A stretch of DNA of 64,000 nt, from NCBI GenBank assembly GCA_003170595.1, contig PMZA01000195.1, positions 80 through 64,079 on the forward strand, written 5' to 3'. The first letter of the stretch is position 1; each line of letters starts with the position of its first letter. Positions 1 through 6,688 of the stretch are shown here, piece by piece. The position numbers and the translations under genes were made by a program. The notes beneath the pieces were generated by a model. The model made no database searches and was not told the DNA's origin. It saw only the letters and a list, made by a program, of their open reading frames with translations. Source of the DNA: Armatimonadota bacterium. Lineage in GTDB: Bacteria > Armatimonadota > Zipacnadia > Zipacnadales > FEN-943.

Positions 1-2035
1 TCCACATCGATATCCCGTAGGTGCAGCATTGCGTGCCGACCGGTTCGCAGCGCCAGTCAGTGCGCCAGAGAGGAATCGCCCGGCGCATCGTCTCGAGGTC
101 GTTGCGTCGTCCGCCCGAGGCGCAGGAGTCGATGAACATGCCCGGATGCCGGCGGAGGAGTTCGTCCCAATAGGCGAGGTACCCCTCGACGTGGCGGATC
201 TCCGTGATGCCCTGCCGGTCCTCGGCGTCGTTGGCGCGCCAGAACCCGAGCGGGTCCATGTTGAAATCCTGGCGGTAGAGGTCGATGCCCTGCTCGGTGA
301 GTAGGTGATCGACGTGGTCGGTAAGCCACTGACGCGCGTCGGGGTTGCCGAGGTTGAGGAGGCCACCTCCCGCGCCACCGAGGATCCACTCGGGATGGTT
401 CTGCGTGAGCCACGTGCCAGCGGCGACGCGCTCGGGCTCGAACCACACGATGGTCTTCACGCCGCGCTTGTGGGCGTGGTCGCTGATGGCGCGGAGGCCG
501 TTCGGGAAGCGGGTCTTGTCAACCTCCCAGGTGCCGGTCTTGGGCCAGCCTCCGTCGGCGCAAGGGTACCAGCCGGCGTCCATCCACCAGTGGCGGATGG
601 GGATTCGCTCATCGAGGTAGCGGTCGATGCACTCGATCTGGTTCTTCTCGTTGGCCTCGACCATCTCGCCGAAAAGGTGCGACGAGCAGCCGAATAGCTC
701 GGGCTCGGGGAGCTTGCCGGCGGGGCGGGGGACGTTGTGGGCGAGCATCCATCGCCGCCAGATATTCTGCGCGCGCATCCAGTCGCCGTTCCAGAACTGG
801 AGCACGATCAGCGGCGTGCGGATCTCCTCGCCCGGGTGAAGCTTGAGGTGGGTCAGCTCCTGCCCGGCGCGCACCCGTAGGCCGATGTCGCCGTCGCGCG
901 TCCACTCGGACGCCCACTGCCCGGGCCAGCCGACGACGATGATGAGGCCCTCGCGGACGGGCGCCTCGAGGCTGAAGTAGGAGAGGTCGGAGTTGGTCGG
1001 GCGACCGCCGGCCGCGCCGATGTGCATCGTCGTTCCGGGCGCGAGGGGCGAGGCGATCGGCTGGTAGTCGTTGACCTGGCACGGGCTGCCGACGGCGTGG
1101 TGGAGGGTGAACTCGCCGTAGTGGCCGCGCTCGAGGCCGAGGTCGAGGGCGTGGATGTTTTCGAGGATCGGCGTGTCGGCCGGGCGGCCCTGCGGGCCCG
1201 CCGCCGCGCCGGTGTTGCGGAAGTACAGCGTCCACTCGACGGTGGGGAAGTCGGCGTACTCGACGGCGACGCAGCGGACCACGAGGCCGGTCTGAGGGTC
1301 GGTGAAGGTGAGGGTGCGCTCGGTGCGCTGGGCGTCGAGAGTGCGAGTGGAGCGTTCGAGTCGCCACTTGGGGAGAAGCTCGGACGATGGGTGGCCGCCG
1401 TAGGTGAAGGAGAAGGGAAGCTCGGCGTTCGTGAGCGCCGGGCCGTCGGCGAGAGGCAGATCAGCCAGCCAGACGGCGCTGCCGTCGGCTAGGGTGATCT
1501 TCGCGTCGGCCCAGTCGGACTGATCGCAGGAGATGCCATCGCCCGAGTCGCCCACCGAGATCACGAACTCGCGGGCGCCGGCGAGCGGGACCTCCACCGG
1601 CACGCCGTCCATGCCCTCGCGCATGATCGGCGACTTGAAGGCTTGCTTGCCGCCGACGTCCACACTGAAGATCACGCTGCCGCGGCCGGGCGTCGTCTGC
1701 TCGTTGGTGTCGACGCCGACGACTGCGGTGAAGGTCTTGCCCGGCCCGGGCAGGCGGACGATGATCTGGCTGTTGGCGTGGCAGAAAAGGCCGCGCGTGT
1801 AGGAGACGCCGCCGATGTGGAGCGGCTTGCCGAAGCGGGCGTTCTTCTGCACCGGGTCGAAGTTGCGCACGACCTCTAGGCCGGGGCGCGGAGCCTCGAC
1901 TTGCACACCCTCCAGCTTCGCGGCGATCCACTTGCGGCACGTGGCCATCTCATCGGGCTGGACCGTCACAGCGTGGGCGAGCGGAAGATTTGCCATCGCG
2001 ATCAGCACCCCCAGTATGGGCGGGAGTAGTTTCAT
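1..2035 (-). CDS. Gene A: secreted alpha-galactosidase-like glycoside hydrolase (GH36 / clan GH-D type) with N-terminal NPCBM-type carbohydrate-binding module; C-terminus runs off the window start
   Basis: Absent from the supplied ORF track because it has no in-window stop. Hand translation of the minus strand from ATG at 2035 (MKLLPPILGVLIAMANLPLAHA...) stays open to position 2 (678 codons); I checked codons at 2035, about 600-660 and 4-58. NPCBM-like stretch: HIGGVSYTRGLFCHANSQIIVRL...FTAVVGVDTNEQ...GSVIFSVDVGGK...EFVISVGDSGDGISCDQSDWADAKI. Catalytic-domain motifs WWMDAGWY, DLYRQDFNMD and DSCASGGRRNDLE match the GH36 KWDMN and C-x-GGGGR-x-D regions. Confidence 0.85.
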   Translation of the reverse strand, partial: MKLLPPILGVLIAMANLPLAHAVTVQPDEMATCRKWIAAKLEGVQVEAPRPGLEVVRNFDPVQKNARFGKPLHIGGVSYTRGLFCHANSQIIVRLPGPGKTFTAVVGVDTNEQTTPGRGSVIFSVDVGGKQAFKSPIMREGMDGVPVEVPLAGAREFVISVGDSGDGISCDQSDWADAKITLADGSAVWLADLPLADGPALTNAELPFSFTYGGHPSSELLPKWRLERSTRTLDAQRTERTLTFTDPQTGLVVRCVAVEYADFPTVEWTLYFRNTGAAAGPQGRPADTPILENIHALDLGLERGHYGEFTLHHAVGSPCQVNDYQPIASPLAPGTTMHIGAAGGRPTNSDLSYFSLEAPVREGLIIVVGWPGQWASEWTRDGDIGLRVRAGQELTHLKLHPGEEIRTPLIVLQFWNGDWMRAQNIWRRWMLAHNVPRPAGKLPEPELFGCSSHLFGEMVEANEKNQIECIDRYLDERIPIRHWWMDAGWYPCADGGWPKTGTWEVDKTRFPNGLRAISDHAHKRGVKTIVWFEPERVAAGTWLTQNHPEWILGGAGGGLLNLGNPDARQWLTDHVDHLLTEQGIDLYRQDFNMDPLGFWRANDAEDRQGITEIRHVEGYLAYWDELLRRHPGMFIDSCASGGRRNDLETMRRAIPLWRTDWRCEPVGTQCCTYGISMW

Positions 2036-2183
2036 CGGCTTGCCAATCCCCCTGTGGTGGACGTGCGGGACTTGCCCACGCACGTTCTCCCGCACCCGTG
2101 CGTACACCTGCATGGCGGGAAGGTAAGGCCTCCTCCGAAGGCGAAGCTCAACCGCGGAAGGATGGGCTTAGGGAGAGTGCCTG

Positions 2184-4151
2184 ATGCTAGCCATGACAGT
2201 CGTGTCCGCGATGACCGCGATCTTCCTCGCTGGGCCGCCCTTGCCGCGTGAGGTGATGGAGTCGCCCTTCGGCATCGTCTGCCCATGGAGCGAGGTGGGC
2301 GCGGGCGGGATGGGCGCGGTGTGGTGTAGGTGCGGAGGAGGGGCGACCTCGCTCGGTGACTGGCCCGGCACCCAACCCATGTCCGGCGTCTTCCGCTGGG
2401 ATGACGCCGACGGCGAGATGGGCCGGTACGAGCAGCAGAGCCTCATCCCAGAGGCGATCCTCTCCTACACACCCGACTGGGCGTCGAGGGCTCCAGGCAT
2501 CGCCGACCCTCGTTCGCGGCCACCCGCCGACCTCTGGGATTACTACCGCTACTGCCGCGCCATCTCGGCCCGCTATGCCGGAAGAGTGTGGTTCTGGGAG
2601 ATCTGGAACGAGCCGAACATCGGCTTCTTCGAGGGGACGATCTCGGACTATGCCGACATGGTCAAGGCCGGATCCTGCGGGGTCCTCGCGGGCAGTCCCG
2701 AGGCCTACGTCGTCTTCGGCGGGATGGCAGGCATCGACCGTCCCTTCCTCGACCGCTGCTACCAGCATGGGGTGCGGGACTACTTCGACGTCATGGCCTG
2801 CCACCCCTATCAGTGGGGCGCGACCTTCAACGACGGCTGGTTCTTCGACAAGCTCAAGAACTGCCGCGCGGTCATGGACGAACAGCGCGATCCCGGCAAG
2901 CCGATATGGCTCAACGAACTCGGCTGGTCCACCGGCGACGCCGCGATCACCGAGGACGTTCAGGCGCGGCTGCTGGTCCAGTGCTACGTGAGCGCGATGT
3001 CGCGGCGCGACCTGGGCATCCAGCGCATCTTCTGGTTCGCCGTGAAGGACTGGGGCGGGCCGGGCTACGGGGTCTATGCCGACGACAGCCGCAAGAAGCC
3101 GGCGTGGTACGCCTACCGCACGATGGCCTCGAGCCTGCGTGACATGAAGTGCCTCGGGCCGGTGACGGCCGGGGATGGGGTGCGGGCGTATGCGTTCGCG
3201 CCGGACAAAGGCGACCGCGCGGTAGTTGTCGCGTGGTCGGCCGATGCGGCGCATGAGATGGCGCTGCCTCTGCGCGCCAAGCCGACTCGGGCGTGGGACA
3301 TGATGGGCAAGGGTGTTCAGCTTGGAGACCTCACCGGCGGCAAGCTCACGATCAAGGCCACGCCGCAGCCTATCTACCTCGAGACAACGCGGGGCGACCT
3401 GGCCGGCCTGCAGCCTGTGGCGCCGCTCGCGATCCCTCTGCCCGATCCGACGCGCCGGACGCCGGCGTGGATCAGCGTCTACCCGCAGGCCGGATGCGAC
3501 ATGCCGTGGCTGTGGCGCGGACGCAATACGGTGCTCGGCGGGCGGCTGTTTGACGCGACGACCAGGCCCCTGCGCGGGACGGTCGTGGCTGAGTTGGTCG
3601 ATGACGCGGGGAAGGTTCTGTCCACGGCCCGCACGCCCGTCGCCGCCGAGACGATGACCGACGCGCGCTTCAGCCTCGACATCCCCTGCCCGGCGTCGGC
3701 GCCGGCCGAGGCGACGCTACGGGTGACGGCCGACCTCGCGGGGGCGAAGCTTGGCGACCTCGCGCTGCATGTCCTGATCGCCGATGGGCCGACGATCAGC
3801 TTCCTCGCCAACAGCCACCTCGAGCGGATCATGTACGTGCAGCCAGAGGCGAAGGGCGGCTGCTCGGAGTCGATGCGCTTCGGCAGCGAGTGGGTCTACA
3901 AGCTGCCGGTGCCCTTCGAAGGCCAGGCACGGGTGAGGATGCTGGTCGGCGCCAACGCGGGCGCACAGTGGGGCGTGACGTGGTCGGCGGATGGGAAGTC
4001 GTGGCACGATCTGATGGCCGGAGCAAGCTGGCCCGACTGGCACGAGAAGACGGCGGACGGCCTGAAGCCGGGCAGCCTCTACCTCAAGTGCGCGGGCAAC
4101 AATGAGCAGGTGGGCGAGGTGCGCGTCACCTTCGTCCCTGGCGCTCGGTGA
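2184..4151 (+). CDS. Gene B: clan GH-A (beta/alpha)8 glycoside hydrolase, GH39/GH5-like, with unassigned C-terminal beta-sandwich-like half
   Basis: SD GGGAGAG lies 6 nt before ATG 2184. Motifs: FGIVCPW (beta-1), VWFWEIWNEPN (acid/base NEP), KPIWLNELGWS (nucleophile Glu). Paralogous by eye to CDS 22291-25461 and 62860-64000. Confidence 0.8.
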   Translation: MLAMTVVSAMTAIFLAGPPLPREVMESPFGIVCPWSEVGAGGMGAVWCRCGGGATSLGDWPGTQPMSGVFRWDDADGEMGRYEQQSLIPEAILSYTPDWASRAPGIADPRSRPPADLWDYYRYCRAISARYAGRVWFWEIWNEPNIGFFEGTISDYADMVKAGSCGVLAGSPEAYVVFGGMAGIDRPFLDRCYQHGVRDYFDVMACHPYQWGATFNDGWFFDKLKNCRAVMDEQRDPGKPIWLNELGWSTGDAAITEDVQARLLVQCYVSAMSRRDLGIQRIFWFAVKDWGGPGYGVYADDSRKKPAWYAYRTMASSLRDMKCLGPVTAGDGVRAYAFAPDKGDRAVVVAWSADAAHEMALPLRAKPTRAWDMMGKGVQLGDLTGGKLTIKATPQPIYLETTRGDLAGLQPVAPLAIPLPDPTRRTPAWISVYPQAGCDMPWLWRGRNTVLGGRLFDATTRPLRGTVVAELVDDAGKVLSTARTPVAAETMTDARFSLDIPCPASAPAEATLRVTADLAGAKLGDLALHVLIADGPTISFLANSHLERIMYVQPEAKGGCSESMRFGSEWVYKLPVPFEGQARVRMLVGANAGAQWGVTWSADGKSWHDLMAGASWPDWHEKTADGLKPGSLYLKCAGNNEQVGEVRVTFVPGAR

Positions 4152-4179
4152 GCGCCGCGCGAAGTGAGGGTCGCGGAAC

Positions 4180-5328
4180 ATGAACGCAGCGAACAAGATT
4201 AGCGTGGCGGTCGCGGGGCTAGGGTTCGGGGCGGAGTTCGTGCCAATCTACCTCGACCACCCCGGCGTCGCCTCGGTCACCATCTGCGACCTGAACCCCG
4301 AGCGCCTGCAGGCCGTGGGCGATCGCTTCGGCATCAGTCGGCGGGTAGCGAAGGTGGAGGACCTAATCGCGGCGGAGGGCATCGACGCCGTGCACCTCAT
4401 CACGGGCATCCCTGACCATGCCGAGCAGGCCGTCGCCCTGCTCGAGTCGGGCAAACACTGCGCCTGCACCGTGCCGATGGCAACGAGCGTCGACGACCTG
4501 CGGGCGATCGTGGCCGCTCAGCGTGCTTCGGGCCGCAACTACATGATGATGGAGACGGCGGTCTATACGCGGCAGTTCCTCTACGCGAAGGAGTTGAGGG
4601 ATCGAGGCGCCTTCGGGCGGATCCAGCTTCTGCGCGGGGCTCACTATCAGGACATGGAGCAGTGGCCGCCGTACTGGGATGGCCTGCCGCCCATGTGGTA
4701 CGCCACCCATGCGGTGGCGCCTCTGCTTGCCATCGCCGAGACGCGAGCCGTCGAGGTGCACTGCTACGGCTCGGGCTGGATGCGCCCCGAACTGCAGCAG
4801 CAGTACGGTAACCCCTTCCCGATGGAGACTGCGATCTTCCGGCTGGAGGCCGGGGGCCTCTTGGAGGAGGGCGTGGCCGCCGAGGTCACGCGGAGCCTTT
4901 ACTATGGCGCGCGGGGATACATGGAGAGCTTCACGGTTTACGGCGAGAACGCCTGCTACGAGATGCAGATGGAGAACGAGGCGCCGGTGCTGTTCACGGC
5001 GAGCCCGACGGTGGTGGGTGAGCGGCGGCAGGAGAGCCTGTCGCGCCCCGACCCGCCGGACCGGGCCGATCTGCTGCCCGCCGAGATCGCCAAGTACACC
5101 CAGCGCTTCGTCTACAACAACGAGGAGAGTCACCTCTCCTTCGAGCAGGGCGGCGGACATCACGGCTCGCACCCTCACCTCGTTCACGAGTTCGTGAGCA
5201 GCATCGTGGAGGGCCGGCCTCCCGCCATCGACGCGGTCACTGCGGCCAACTGGACGGCGGCCGGGATCTGCGCCCACGAGTCAGCCCTGAAGGGAAGCTG
5301 CGCTGTTGCGGTGCCGAGCTTCGACTGA
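4180..5328 (+). CDS. Gene C: Gfo/Idh/MocA-family NAD(P)-dependent oxidoreductase, cytoplasmic
   Basis: SD GAGGG upstream. N-terminal Rossmann segment KISVAVAGLGFGAEF...ICDLNPER, then GIDAVHLITGIPDHAEQAVALLESGKHCACTVPMA, typical of the family. No signal peptide. Confidence 0.85.
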   Translation: MNAANKISVAVAGLGFGAEFVPIYLDHPGVASVTICDLNPERLQAVGDRFGISRRVAKVEDLIAAEGIDAVHLITGIPDHAEQAVALLESGKHCACTVPMATSVDDLRAIVAAQRASGRNYMMMETAVYTRQFLYAKELRDRGAFGRIQLLRGAHYQDMEQWPPYWDGLPPMWYATHAVAPLLAIAETRAVEVHCYGSGWMRPELQQQYGNPFPMETAIFRLEAGGLLEEGVAAEVTRSLYYGARGYMESFTVYGENACYEMQMENEAPVLFTASPTVVGERRQESLSRPDPPDRADLLPAEIAKYTQRFVYNNEESHLSFEQGGGHHGSHPHLVHEFVSSIVEGRPPAIDAVTAANWTAAGICAHESALKGSCAVAVPSFD

Positions 5329-5370
5329 ACACGGCGACGTGTCCCACGAGAACAGGAGGCGGTTATCGCG

Positions 5371-6573
5371 ATGTCCCTGCCCAAGTTGATGGGAGCCCCG
5401 GGAGTAGGGCTGCTTGGCGTGCTGGCGCTGGCGGTGGTGACTCCGACAGCCGGACTCACTCAAACGGTGGGCAGGCATGTGGACCGGACGCCGCTGTGGC
5501 AGAGGGTGGACCACGACATCCTCTGGAACTTCCACAACATGTACAACCTCCACATCGTCCAGGTGCCCGGCGATGAGTACCCCTACCGCGGATGGTTCTT
5601 CGGCTGGGCCTGGACCGACGCCAACCCCGGTTTTCCCGGCTGCGACGCCATCTTCGCCGCGCGGAGCCGCGACCTGCTGAGCGGCTGGCAGGTCTGGACG
5701 CGCGAGGGCGGCTGGGATGAGAAGATGTCCCCCAAGCTCTGGGCGCCGGTCGTGGCCGCCCAGGATAAGTACTACGACCAGTGGCACAATGGCGACCCCT
5801 CGGTGGTCAAGCTCGGCAACCGCTACTGCATGGCCTACAGCAGCGTCGGCTTCGACAAGGATGGCAAGCCTGTCGGGGATAAGGATGACAAGGATGGCGA
5901 CTACATGTGCATCATGGGCGCCGACTCAGCGGATGGCGTGCACTGGCGCCGGAGCCGCCTGCCCATCCTCGCCTACCCGGGCGAATATGGCGCGACCGAG
6001 ACCTATGGGGATGTCGCGCTGTTCGGCTCGTACCAGCGGCCGTCGCTGATGTGGGACGACGGAAGGTGGAAGCTGTGGTTCGATTACTGGGATGGCCCCG
6101 GCCCCGGCGTGAGCGTGGGCTACGCGGAGAACAAGGGGGACTTCCTCGAGCCCAACGACTGGAAGCTGGTGCGCGGTGGCGACAAGCCGGTGATCCCGCA
6201 GTTCCCGAACCCCGATGTCGTGAAGGTGGGCGACCTCTACTTCGCTTACGGTGACCCACCGACGGGGTTGCCGCACATGTGGATAACCCGCAAGATCACC
6301 GAGGCGGTGTCGCGCGACGGGCTGAACTGGATGATCCTGGGCCACGTCGAGCCCGAGCCGGGCGTGCCGGCCATCCACGTGCCGGAGGCCTTCGTCGTGG
6401 ACCAGGGCGGCGGGCGCTGGAGGATATACCTCTTCTACGCCTGCCAGAAGGGCGGCGAGCCGTACGATTGGCGCTACGGGCGGATACGGTGCATGTGGCG
6501 CACAGTTGACCAGGCGGAGCTGGGGCGATGGTCGGCGATGCTGGCGAGCGGGTCGGTAGGCACCGACCAGTAA
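5371..6573 (+). CDS. Gene D: secreted beta-propeller-like glycosidase candidate (GH43/GH32-clan-like); family uncertain
   Basis: SD AGGAGG upstream. Signal peptide MSLPKLMGAPGVGLLGVLALAVV. Motifs NGDPSVVKLGNRYCMAYS, RPSLMWDDGRWKLWF and HVPEAFVV resemble the Asp/Asp/Glu blades of five-bladed propeller glycosidases. Confidence 0.6.
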   Translation: MSLPKLMGAPGVGLLGVLALAVVTPTAGLTQTVGRHVDRTPLWQRVDHDILWNFHNMYNLHIVQVPGDEYPYRGWFFGWAWTDANPGFPGCDAIFAARSRDLLSGWQVWTREGGWDEKMSPKLWAPVVAAQDKYYDQWHNGDPSVVKLGNRYCMAYSSVGFDKDGKPVGDKDDKDGDYMCIMGADSADGVHWRRSRLPILAYPGEYGATETYGDVALFGSYQRPSLMWDDGRWKLWFDYWDGPGPGVSVGYAENKGDFLEPNDWKLVRGGDKPVIPQFPNPDVVKVGDLYFAYGDPPTGLPHMWITRKITEAVSRDGLNWMILGHVEPEPGVPAIHVPEAFVVDQGGGRWRIYLFYACQKGGEPYDWRYGRIRCMWRTVDQAELGRWSAMLASGSVGTDQ

Positions 6574-6688
6574 CAGGTCTTCCGGGGCTCGGCTGAGAAC
6601 TCGGCCATCAGCCGTTGCGGGTGGGGGGCTATACTGGCCCACAAGCTGAACTGGCTTTCGGGGGCGGCAAAGTCAGGAGGTCGGTTCG

